From a virus, in the IMG/VR virus record IMGVR_UViG_3300033143_000663, positions 3,891 through 67,890 of that record: a stretch of DNA of 64,000 nucleotides; one strand, 5' to 3'. The notes under the pieces are model-generated. The model did no database searches, was not told where the DNA came from, and saw nothing but the letters and a program-made list of their open reading frames with translations. Position numbers and translations under genes: made by a program. How positions within the stretch are numbered: the first letter of the stretch is position 1; the number at the start of each line of letters is the position of its first letter. Shown one piece after another: positions 1-8,780 of the stretch.

Positions 1-77
1 CCCATACCAATATAGAATGGGTTATTCTCATTTAAGTATGTGTAGACGTAGTATCGTTTATATTCCTGCCAAGCCAT
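1..77 (-). CDS. GIY-YIG family endonuclease, N-terminus (runs off the window edge)
   Basis: Not in the ORF track. ATG at 77 reads MAWQEYKRYYVYTYLNENNPFYIGMG, a YVY...FYIG GIY-YIG signature. A TATAAATA late promoter lies just upstream. Confidence 0.7.
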   Translation of the reverse strand, partial: MAWQEYKRYYVYTYLNENNPFYIGM

Positions 78-95
78 TTATAATTCTCTTTATAC

Positions 96-103
96 TATTT
101 ATA
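96..103 (-). promoter_or_regulatory. T4-type late (gp55-dependent) promoter TATAAATA
   Basis: Plus-strand TATTTATA is TATAAATA on the minus strand, about 18 nt before the GIY-YIG ATG. Confidence 0.7.
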
Positions 104-128
104 TGTTTATATGTTAGGAGTTTGTTTA

Positions 129-2246
129 TTACCCCGTATTGGTTTTAATTCCTTTAGCAATATCATTACCTTCAACCTGTTTTGTGGTTAACTTTTCTAT
201 TGCTATTCTAATTCCATTTAGTTCTCTTTTAAATTGGTCAACTTCAGCACGTTCGCCTGGCATTACTATACCGTCTGCTCTTGCTGCGGCGTCGGCTTGC
301 ATCATTTGTGCTTTTTTAGCTTTAAATGCTTTTTCTAAGTCTGCTCGTCCTGCATTTGGTCTAGCGACTTCCTTAGGACCTGCTGTTACTTCTGCTTGAA
401 CAGCTCGCGCAATTGCTGCCTTAACAGTTGGATCAACATACATGCTAGTTTTGCCGTGTTCTGTTCTTTTTTCAATATCGTTCGCTGCTCTGGCTGCTTT
501 GATTATCTCTCTAATTTTTTTAGCTTGTGATGGCAGCACCATACCGTCGGCTATACCTAAATCGTTTTCGATGTTATGACGACTCGCCATTGATTCGTTT
601 GCAAACATGTCATCGACTATATCTTCAACATCAATTGACAATTTATCAACTTGACGTTGCGCGGCTTTAACGTACTCTTGATCTTCATCATCTACTGCGT
701 TTGCTGTGCGCTCTTTTAAAATTGCAATCGCTCTTTGTAGTTCGTCGCTTTGGCGAGCAACAATGTTGCCTCTTTCACCTTTACCAAGATCGACTCCATA
801 TTTCTCAGCACCTTCTTTGCCTGCTTTGGCAAATTCTGCGTCGGCTTTTCTTTGTGTTGAAGTTTTCACACCTGCTGCTTTAGCAATTAAATCTGTTGCC
901 ATGTTTATTGTTTCTGCAAATGCCTTCATTGCTTCTGTACCTGCACCAGTGGCTAAAAACATTGCATTCATTCTAGCTGTAACTTCTTGTGTGGTCCGCA
1001 TAGTAGCTGTCGCATTTGCGGTTGCTACATCCTTGCCTTCACGTTGAGCTTTTATATTTTCTAAAGCTATTTTTGCTTCTTCTTCAGATATCTCGTGCTT
1101 CCTTGCCATGTTTGATATTTCTGCTTGACTAACAGCAACAGACTGACCTGTTATTTCAGTAACTCGGTTAAATGTCTTTTCGTGTTTCTTTGCAGATCTT
1201 ATTATAGCGTTATTAAATTCTCTAAAACTCATTTCGCCAGATCTAAATCGTTCGCGCATTTGAAGTATATCAGCACCCATACCTTGTATTGCTAATTTCT
1301 TAGCATCCTCCCCAACAAAGGTACCACTTGCCATTATCTGTTTAACGCCTGCTCGCATGCCTGGCTCAAGTGAATTAATTGAGTCCATCATTTTAGTTTT
1401 TGCTTCTTGAGTTAGATTTGGTAATTCATTTAACATTGCACGAAACTGGTCGTCAGCCATCATGCGATCACGTTCTTGTTCAATTTGAGATCTTTGCTTA
1501 CCTGTCAGCTTTGCAATCATGTCAAGTTCAGATCCATATTTTACTGTGGCTTCTCTTAATTGCTCTGCATCCATTTGACGCATATAACCTATCATTCTCT
1601 CACGTTTCTGGAATTTAATTACAGTGTCACTGATTTCTTCTAAGGTGTAACCTAAGTTTCTAAGGCGATCATCTTCACCTTCTTTCATACTCTTTAATAC
1701 ACCCTGGAATATTTGACCACCTGCTCGAGCAGAACCACTCATGTACGCTAAATCTTCTGAGTTCTTAGTTAATAACTTTGCGTATGTTTGCAATGGCATA
1801 CCAGCATCATCTATTGCCTTTGCTAATCCCGACATACCATCTGCGCCGATTTGACCTGCTGTTGATAACTGTTGGAACGCGTCAAATCCTGCTTGTGTTT
1901 GTTGTATTGTAAATGTTGCTAATTCTTGTGCTGCTTCGCCTAGGCCTTCAATCATACCGCCAACTACTGGTATCTTTCCTAGTAGTCCAGTCATTGCACC
2001 TATAACGCCGTTAACTGCACCTGACAATGCATTAAAGTCACCACTTGATGAACTCATTGCTTTAGTTGAGTCTTTGAACCCTTTGGTTACACCTTTAGTT
2101 GCTTTACCAAGTTCAGTGAGGGACTTACCAGTTTTAGTAGTCTCCATCCACTTTTTAGTTTCAATCTCAATACCTGATTCGCCCAGCCTAGTAGCGTTTT
2201 CAAGGTGATCGATAAGACCTTCTAGTACTTCATTAATATCTGCCAT
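129..2246 (-). CDS. Putative tail tape measure protein
   Basis: 705 aa, helical and Ala/Gly/Lys-rich with a GLLGKIPVVGG segment. Late promoter upstream; adjacent to a frameshifting chaperone/hub gene. Confidence 0.6.
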   Translation of the reverse strand: MADINEVLEGLIDHLENATRLGESGIEIETKKWMETTKTGKSLTELGKATKGVTKGFKDSTKAMSSSSGDFNALSGAVNGVIGAMTGLLGKIPVVGGMIEGLGEAAQELATFTIQQTQAGFDAFQQLSTAGQIGADGMSGLAKAIDDAGMPLQTYAKLLTKNSEDLAYMSGSARAGGQIFQGVLKSMKEGEDDRLRNLGYTLEEISDTVIKFQKRERMIGYMRQMDAEQLREATVKYGSELDMIAKLTGKQRSQIEQERDRMMADDQFRAMLNELPNLTQEAKTKMMDSINSLEPGMRAGVKQIMASGTFVGEDAKKLAIQGMGADILQMRERFRSGEMSFREFNNAIIRSAKKHEKTFNRVTEITGQSVAVSQAEISNMARKHEISEEEAKIALENIKAQREGKDVATANATATMRTTQEVTARMNAMFLATGAGTEAMKAFAETINMATDLIAKAAGVKTSTQRKADAEFAKAGKEGAEKYGVDLGKGERGNIVARQSDELQRAIAILKERTANAVDDEDQEYVKAAQRQVDKLSIDVEDIVDDMFANESMASRHNIENDLGIADGMVLPSQAKKIREIIKAARAANDIEKRTEHGKTSMYVDPTVKAAIARAVQAEVTAGPKEVARPNAGRADLEKAFKAKKAQMMQADAAARADGIVMPGERAEVDQFKRELNGIRIAIEKLTTKQVEGNDIAKGIKTNTG

Positions 2247-2258
2247 GTTTTTTTACCG

Positions 2259-2286
2259 TATAAATAGATTAGTACAACTATTTATG
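2259..2286. promoter_or_regulatory. Pair of face-to-face late promoters serving divergent genes
   Basis: TATAAATA on + at 2259-2266 (towards the 2297 gene) and CATAAATA on - at 2279-2286 (towards the tape-measure gene), in a 50-bp gap. Confidence 0.65.
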
Positions 2287-2296
2287 GAAACAAACA

Positions 2297-3139
2297 ATGT
2301 CTGATAATCCTTTATTACAATATTTCAGAAGTCCAGCAATTCATTTAGAATTACCAAGCAAAGGCGAGTACTATGCTAAGGGTAGTCTTATAATGCCTGA
2401 GACTAACGAACTCCCAGTACTACCAATGACTGCATTAGATGAGATTACATACAAAACACCAGATGCATTGTTTAATGGATCAGCTATTGTTGATGTTGTT
2501 AAGAGTTGTATACCAGCTATTGTTGATCCTTGGCAAATGCCAATAACAGATATAACAGCGATATTGTGTGCAATCCGTATTGCAAGCTTCGGACATCAAA
2601 TGGATATTGACACAGTATGTCCAAAGTGTAATAATACTGCTACGTATAGTTTAGATCTAAGAAATATTATTGAAGCAATACAACCACCAGATTATTCCGA
2701 TCCTATGAAAATTGGCGATCTATCATTTTTCTTCAAACCAATGATTTATAAAGATTTAAACGAAAATAATAAATTACAATTTGAAGAAGAGAAGATGTCG
2801 CAGATACTTACTAATTCTGAAATTGATAAGGCACAACAAATTGCAATGTTGTCTGAAGCTTATAAGAAGGTATCTAAATATACTATTGCAACACTAGCTA
2901 AGAATATTAAAACAATTATCACGCCAGACGCATCTGTTGTAAATGAAGAACACATTTTAGAATTCTTACAGAATTGTGAAAATGATGTGTATAAAAAGAT
3001 AAAGAAAGAAATAATTACTCAAAAAATGTCAGAGGCAATAAAGCCATTACATATTAAATGTGAGGAAGAAGAATGTGGTCACGAATATGATCAACCATTT
3101 ACTCTTGACATGACATCTTTTTTCGCGCAAGGCTCTTAA
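2297..3139 (+). CDS. T4 gp26-like baseplate hub assembly / tail chaperone protein
   Basis: LPSKG..Y, PMTALDE, AIRIASFG and CPKC motifs plus a C-terminal C...CGHE..FF ending typical of gp26-like proteins. Confidence 0.7.
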   Translation: MSDNPLLQYFRSPAIHLELPSKGEYYAKGSLIMPETNELPVLPMTALDEITYKTPDALFNGSAIVDVVKSCIPAIVDPWQMPITDITAILCAIRIASFGHQMDIDTVCPKCNNTATYSLDLRNIIEAIQPPDYSDPMKIGDLSFFFKPMIYKDLNENNKLQFEEEKMSQILTNSEIDKAQQIAMLSEAYKKVSKYTIATLAKNIKTIITPDASVVNEEHILEFLQNCENDVYKKIKKEIITQKMSEAIKPLHIKCEEEECGHEYDQPFTLDMTSFFAQGS

Positions 3140-3354
3140 TCCTAACCCCTGAAGAAATTTCCAACTTTGTAGATCAACTCGAAAAAGAATCGGATGCAAT
3201 ACGCAGCGAGTCTCTTAAACTAGCATGGTCTATGCGTGGTGGTGTACAGTACACTGATGTTATGAATATGAGTTTTAACGAACGTGTTATGATTTCAGAA
3301 ATATCTAAAGAAAACCTTGACATTACAAAGAAATCCGGCTTACCCTTCTTCTAA
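3118..3354 (+). CDS. -1 frameshift extension of the gp26-like gene (gp51-like C-terminal part)
   Basis: Slippery T TTT TTC at 3118-3124. The -1 frame is open 3109-3354 (FRARLLILTPEEISNF...LAWSMRGG...KKSGLPFF*), is bounded by TGA at 3106, and has no ATG/GTG/TTG until 3232. Confidence 0.65.
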   Translation, partial: FFRARLLILTPEEISNFVDQLEKESDAIRSESLKLAWSMRGGVQYTDVMNMSFNERVMISEISKENLDITKKSGLPFF

Positions 3355-3389
3355 ACCTAGAAGTTTTAATCAGAATGATGACAATATCC

Positions 3390-4265
3390 TATTGGAGATC
3401 TGCTAACACAGATCTATTCGTCTGTTTCGCTGTCGCTATACAGACTCATGTATGCTTACGCTTAATTAGATTTATTTGTTTAAGAAAGAATAAATTTATT
3501 GTAAGAGCAAAGAGATATATTTGACTAGAACTAAGAGCCATACTCCACCCGCTAAGGGCGGGCCAAAATAAAAAATTAAATTTTTACTTTTGGAGATTTG
3601 TAACTTGACTGTCACGTTTCACCAATGTTATGTAACGTTAAAACCCTTGTTCTATATTTCATTCCATGACTACATAGATCGCAGTAGCTATACCTATAAC
3701 ACCCACACGATAGACAATTATTACTATTAGTAACACGAAGGCGGTCGCCCGCTACCTCCTATGCCCGTCTCTCACAACGGAACTCTCCACCCACCTCGTT
3801 GTGGTCACCAGCAGGTGGAAAGCCGACAGTTGCATTCTTTTTCAAGCAGAGCTGTCATCTTTTAGCCTAAACACTATTTCCCATAATTGATTTCTTTTCA
3901 CAGTCAAACGCATTATATGGTAGGCATATCGCATCGTCATCCGTTGGCACGGGTAGTGACTGTTAACTCCGCTATTGCCCGGAGTATTTAGACTACCTTC
4001 TCACATCAGGAAGGGTTCGTCGGCGCAATAAACCGCCCGCGCTAGGGCTTTCAATAGTGTTTAGGCTAAATCAATAAACTTCCAAAGGGTTCTGTATTAT
4101 CCCACACCGCTCTTGGGTGCATTTGACTGGGTGTCTGTTTGTTGTCCTAGAAGTAACACTCCTTCGCGGAGTTTACCACATTTTAAATGTACACTTTTGG
4201 GCATCGTACATTATTAATGTACGGTCGTTAATAGTGTACAATCAAAGTAAAGTCGGGCTTTACTT
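3390..4265 (-). ncRNA. Putative large (~870 nt) structured non-coding RNA, family not recognised
   Basis: Gene-free region with a perfect 18-bp long-range helix (3861-3878/4053-4070) and many hairpins. GNRA-type loops and most G-U pairs favour the minus strand. TATAAATA promoter at 4277-4270. Confidence 0.65.
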
Positions 4266-4269
4266 GCGA

Positions 4270-4277
4270 TATTTATA
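4270..4277 (-). promoter_or_regulatory. T4-type late promoter TATAAATA pointing into the non-coding region
   Basis: Plus-strand TATTTATA at 4270-4277; no protein gene downstream on the minus strand for about 2 kb. Confidence 0.65.
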
Positions 4278-4306
4278 CGCGCCGCTGACGCCTAATAAAT
4301 AACACT

Positions 4307-4837
4307 ATGCCTTATATAGAGCTTAAAACAAAGGATATTAAGGTCCTTAAAGAAAAACTCCACAAACAGAATAAAAAGATCTGTCCTTTACTTGGCGTAC
4401 CTGTACCCTTAGATAAAACAGCTTTAGATCATATACATAAACTAAAGTCTGAACCTTATGCAGAAGATAAAGGTACTATTCGTAATGCTATCGAATTCCG
4501 TGCTAACGCAATGGAAGGTAAGATAACAAATAACTGGAAGCGATACTTCGGTGCTGATGTATCTAAGCACCCAACCGATCTCCCATCATTCTTACGCAAC
4601 CTAGCTGACTACTTAGAAGCTGGCGCGTACTCTGAGGATGGCGATTACTATATCCACCCTAGTGAGGTACCCAAGGTACCAAAAATTAAAAAATCATCTT
4701 ATAACAAAATGATTAAGCTCTTCAAAGTAAAGTATCCTAAGAAGAAAGTTCCTGCTTATCCAAAATCTAGAAAACTAACAAAACTTATGGATAAACTGTT
4801 TACTGAATTTAGCATAACTGATATCTATTACAGTTAA
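4307..4837 (+). CDS. Endonuclease VII (gp49)-like His-Me finger nuclease with degenerate Zn site
   Basis: CPLL...LDHIH...GTIRNAIEFRANAMEGKI matches the EndoVII DH..G.IR....N..EG pattern; basic C-terminus; AATAAATA just upstream. Confidence 0.7.
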   Translation: MPYIELKTKDIKVLKEKLHKQNKKICPLLGVPVPLDKTALDHIHKLKSEPYAEDKGTIRNAIEFRANAMEGKITNNWKRYFGADVSKHPTDLPSFLRNLADYLEAGAYSEDGDYYIHPSEVPKVPKIKKSSYNKMIKLFKVKYPKKKVPAYPKSRKLTKLMDKLFTEFSITDIYYS

Positions 4838-5839
4838 TCACCATTCTAACGTGTGATCATCATCTGCTAATTTTTCTCTAGTACACTTAGCTGTACATTC
4901 CTGCGATGTAAATAACCGATCACTATACCAATCATCAAGTTTACTAACAGGCTCGTTATATAAGTTAAGAGCATTGCTCGTCCACGATTCGTTGTGTTCA
5001 AATCTATTTGCAACCCAACAACACGGATACAGTTCTCCACGACTATTTAAAAATAATCCTTTGTTACCTATTGTACATATTCCTGCGTTATTAGAAAATA
5101 TTAATTGGTCTTTCCTTAACCGAAAAGTCTCTTTTATACTTTGGCCACAACGAACTTTATTTGTTAAAAATGAAAGCTCACGTTCGTAACGCTCTGATGA
5201 TGATACTAAATCTTTACGTGGTTCTAGTGGATCGTTAGCTGGATAGCTTGAATACTTACTACCAAATTTTGTACTTTTAGTTAATTGAAATAAATCGAAA
5301 TCCATCTCTGTTGCTAACTCTTTCATCTGATCAAGATTATCTTGATTAAACTTAAAAGCAATGGCAGCCCAGACGGTGTATGTTGTATCATTTGCATCAA
5401 TGAAAGCCTCAACACCATCTATAATAGTTTTCCAATTTGAATTAATACGATACATGTTATTAGATGCATCATTAAAACCATCAATGCTCCAGTTAACTTC
5501 ATCGTGTTCATCTAATGCGTATGCTAATTCTCTCCACCAGCACTTAGGTTTATTGCTTCCGTTTGTTATAATAACAATCATAATCTCCGGATTGCATTGT
5601 TTAAACCATTTAATAATATTAATTAGATCCGTGCAATATATAGGGTCGCCATCATTGCCACACAATGTAATTTTTTTAATGTTCTTTACAACGTCAGCGC
5701 CAACATATTCTTTAAAGAAATCTAGTGTTAGTTGTTTATTTAAAAGTGATTCTGGAACTTCAGCCCGCGGGCATCGCGGGCACTTTAACGGACAACGACT
5801 ACTTAATTCTATATGCCAGTGGTCTCTAGCTAAGTTCAT
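4838..5839 (-). CDS. Radical SAM protein with C-terminal twitch/SPASM domain
   Basis: CPLKCPRC (CxxxCxxC), CGNDGDP, TNG, SIDG; C-terminal GELYPCC...CxxxC. Confidence 0.85.
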   Translation of the reverse strand: MNLARDHWHIELSSRCPLKCPRCPRAEVPESLLNKQLTLDFFKEYVGADVVKNIKKITLCGNDGDPIYCTDLINIIKWFKQCNPEIMIVIITNGSNKPKCWWRELAYALDEHDEVNWSIDGFNDASNNMYRINSNWKTIIDGVEAFIDANDTTYTVWAAIAFKFNQDNLDQMKELATEMDFDLFQLTKSTKFGSKYSSYPANDPLEPRKDLVSSSERYERELSFLTNKVRCGQSIKETFRLRKDQLIFSNNAGICTIGNKGLFLNSRGELYPCCWVANRFEHNESWTSNALNLYNEPVSKLDDWYSDRLFTSQECTAKCTREKLADDDHTLEW

Positions 5840-7770
5840 CCAACAGATCCATCATAGCTAGTGAAACCACCTTCTTTAATAACCATCATTGTATTGTTTA
5901 CGCGACTAACTAACTCATCGCGATGACTAACAAGCCACACACTCTTTCCACGCTCACGGGCCATGCCCTTCATAATTTTAATTGCAGCTTCAACCCCATT
6001 GGAGTCTAGGCCGTTGTCAACAAGCTCATCCACAAACAATAAGTTAATATGGTTATATAGGCTTTCCCAAACGTCACGGAAAGCCCAGCTTAATGATAAT
6101 ATAAGTCTGTTGCGTTCACCGCGAGATAAGTTGTCAAAGTCTAAGTCTCGTCCCATGTCTGTAATCTCTACAGTCAAGTCGGACATAAAGCGTACCTGGT
6201 GAGGAAGACCAATTTCATTTAGGTAGTGTGTAAGTCTGTTGTTTAAATAGGCTAAGTTCTGTTCTATAATCTTTTTACGTATGAAGCTGTCTTTACTTGT
6301 TAACAGCTTTAATAAGAACGCTTGATGTTCTTGTAACTCAACAAGTCTATTCATTTCATCATATGAAATGTCTTGGAGTCCTTTGTTTTGCATATCGTGT
6401 ATTTGATCAACATACGGATCTTCGTCCACCATTGCTGTTTCTAATTGTGTAGATAACGTGTCTAGCGTACTCTTGTGTCCGTGCGCCTCATCAACTGTAT
6501 CGTGAAACGTTTCAAGTTTAATTGGTTCAATACGTGCAATAGTTTCTACAACCGGTTGTACTGGCTCTTCTTTAGGTTCAAGTGGAACTCCAAGATCTGC
6601 TAGTTTTAATTTGTATTCTTCTTCATGTTTATTAGCTCGGGTTATATCCTTTTCGATCCTTGCCATATCTTTTTCTTTTGCTGCTTTATTTTCTTCTTGC
6701 TTTTCGTCATGTAGATCTTGTCCACATGCATGACATTTATGATCTGCTAACAAGTCAATATCTGATTGTAGCGACTGACTACGTCTAGTGTAATCAGTTA
6801 TGTCTTTTTCTAAATTAGCAATCCATTTATTTGCATCTGTAATCTCAGCATTGTGTTTGCTTATACCCGCGTTGTGCTTAGTAACTTCGTCTTGATCACT
6901 AACATAGCTAGCCATTGCACCTTCTTGTTCGTCTTGTGCTACCTGTGTTAACCTATACCATTCAGTCTTAGCCGCTTCCCTAGCATTTGTGTTGTCTTTG
7001 TGTTTTTGAATTTCTGCATCAATGTCAACTTCCATTAGCTTTTCAATTTGACCAACATAGTCATTAACAGTTTCATCTTTCTTTAGCTTCCACATACGCT
7101 GCCTGCGCTCAAGCCCGCTAATCTGTTCTTCTATATGCTCGTTAGCTTTAATAACAGCTTCCAGCCTGAACTCTTCTTCTTTAATTTCGTCTTTAGCAAT
7201 TTTGTTAATTGTTTTAAGTGCTTCTGCCTTTTCTGTTAGTACAGTAATGCCAAGCAACTCTTCAATTATATTCTTTTGGTCTACTGTTCGCATTGACAAG
7301 AACGGTGTTGTATATGTGTTTAGTGCAATAGAATGTTTGAACATGTCGTGACTAATGCCAAGCAATCTTGCAATATCTTTTTGCGTTTCTCTCTGCTCGC
7401 CTTGTGCCTCATCATCGTCTTGTTGTTCTACTTTATTCTTATAGAACTTTAATAAATTAGGTTTACGCCCACGCTCAATTCTATATTCAATGTGATCTAT
7501 ATCAAACTCAACACTTACTAGCATGTTCTTTTCGTTTGTTTTATTAATAAGGTTGTTTACTTTAATTTCGGATAGTGCTGCACCATACAATCCATAGCTC
7601 AGGGCATTTATTAGTGTAGTTTTACCTGTACCATTTCTAGATCCATTACTACCAAGATCGAGATTCTCCCCAAGTACTAGTGTTAAGTCATCGCGATTAA
7701 AATCTACAGCTTGTGTAGCATTGCCAATCGACATAAAGTTTTTTACAGTTAGGTTTTTTATTTTTATCAT
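5836..7770 (-). CDS. gp46: Rad50/SbcC-like recombination ATPase (T4 gp46)
   Basis: KNFMSIG, Walker A NGTGKT, coiled coil with CHACGQ zinc hook, LSRGE signature, Walker B LFVDE, SH. Confidence 0.93.
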   Translation of the reverse strand: MIKIKNLTVKNFMSIGNATQAVDFNRDDLTLVLGENLDLGSNGSRNGTGKTTLINALSYGLYGAALSEIKVNNLINKTNEKNMLVSVEFDIDHIEYRIERGRKPNLLKFYKNKVEQQDDDEAQGEQRETQKDIARLLGISHDMFKHSIALNTYTTPFLSMRTVDQKNIIEELLGITVLTEKAEALKTINKIAKDEIKEEEFRLEAVIKANEHIEEQISGLERRQRMWKLKKDETVNDYVGQIEKLMEVDIDAEIQKHKDNTNAREAAKTEWYRLTQVAQDEQEGAMASYVSDQDEVTKHNAGISKHNAEITDANKWIANLEKDITDYTRRSQSLQSDIDLLADHKCHACGQDLHDEKQEENKAAKEKDMARIEKDITRANKHEEEYKLKLADLGVPLEPKEEPVQPVVETIARIEPIKLETFHDTVDEAHGHKSTLDTLSTQLETAMVDEDPYVDQIHDMQNKGLQDISYDEMNRLVELQEHQAFLLKLLTSKDSFIRKKIIEQNLAYLNNRLTHYLNEIGLPHQVRFMSDLTVEITDMGRDLDFDNLSRGERNRLILSLSWAFRDVWESLYNHINLLFVDELVDNGLDSNGVEAAIKIMKGMARERGKSVWLVSHRDELVSRVNNTMMVIKEGGFTSYDGSVG

Positions 7771-8780
7771 AGATTATTGTATATTTCCATCAGCAAACCG
7801 ATTTTGTAAAAATCACTTTCGATTGCTGTAATTTGTTCGCTAATAATAGTATCAACGCTGTTAAATGATACTGTCTCATTATTGTCTTGTTCGAATTCTT
7901 GATCTTTGACTGGTATTAAACTAATCTCCCGGAGATTATATTTGTTAATAAAAGTCTCTTTAATAAAGTTAGCTTCTTCGTAGCTAATATCTATGTCTAA
8001 GTTAACTTTAACATACATGTTGGGTCCAAGTAAAGAGTCAGCATTGTCTAAAAGGTCACTTAGGTTTAATACTTTGTATAAAGGTTGATCAGGCCACGAA
8101 TGAAATGATGGCTTCTTGTCCCACTCAAGTACCATAGCGCCGCGCTGATCATCTCCAGCATCTGCAAAGTTATGTGGGAAACAGTTACCAACATAGGTAA
8201 TGTTTCCGCGCTCCTGGCGCATGTGAAAGTGACCACTGTATACTTGTTCAACGTTAGCCATTTGTTCACTCTTAACTGTGCCGTGATCCGGCATCTCTAC
8301 TAAGGCATTCATTTTAAAATGCGGCAGTTCAAAATGTCCAAACATGTATTTGGCTTTTATCTTTGTTAATTTTTTATAATCGTCTCCAACAAGCCACGGA
8401 ACAATAGCAACATCATCTTGTTTAAACCAGTCATTGCAAATTGTAATGTTAGGCAAGTGCTTTGCCCATTCAATGCCGTGTATGTCGCGTTTATCTCTGT
8501 AGTATAAATCGTGATTCCCTGGAATAAAGTAAAAGTTATCAAACGCATCATTAAGTTTCTCTAAACTCCTTAAACTGTAGTTTAGGGTTTGAAGATTAAT
8601 TGACGACCTGTGGTGGTGCCAATCACCTAGGAACAGGCCAGTTTCACAGTTGTGTTCTTTAGCTGTTTCTATAGCCCAGTCTACAAATGCTTCGCAGTCC
8701 TTATTGTGCTGTTGACTATTTGATTTTAACCCAAAATGTATATCTGTAAATACTATTGCCTTCTTAAATAAATCACTCAA
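7767..8780 (-). CDS. gp47: Mre11/SbcD-like recombination nuclease (T4 gp47)
   Basis: DIHFG, LGDW, GNHD, GH and SGHFH phosphoesterase motifs. Likely TTG start at 8780 overlapping the upstream TGA (ORF track extends to 8816). Confidence 0.92.
   Translation of the reverse strand: MSDLFKKAIVFTDIHFGLKSNSQQHNKDCEAFVDWAIETAKEHNCETGLFLGDWHHHRSSINLQTLNYSLRSLEKLNDAFDNFYFIPGNHDLYYRDKRDIHGIEWAKHLPNITICNDWFKQDDVAIVPWLVGDDYKKLTKIKAKYMFGHFELPHFKMNALVEMPDHGTVKSEQMANVEQVYSGHFHMRQERGNITYVGNCFPHNFADAGDDQRGAMVLEWDKKPSFHSWPDQPLYKVLNLSDLLDNADSLLGPNMYVKVNLDIDISYEEANFIKETFINKYNLREISLIPVKDQEFEQDNNETVSFNSVDTIISEQITAIESDFYKIGLLMEIYNNL

Noticed and set aside
4117-4302. 61-aa ORF inside the non-coding region
   Set aside because: GTG start without a clear RBS, non-protein-like composition, and it overlaps dense hairpins and the opposite-strand promoter.
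3355-4306. Group I/II intron, RNase P RNA, tmRNA, tRNA or hammerhead identity for the structured region
   Set aside because: No interrupted flanking gene, no domain V consensus, no GAGGAAAGUCC and no tRNA-like ends. CUGAUGUGA is only a partial hammerhead core. Judged by eye, so an Rfam search is still needed.
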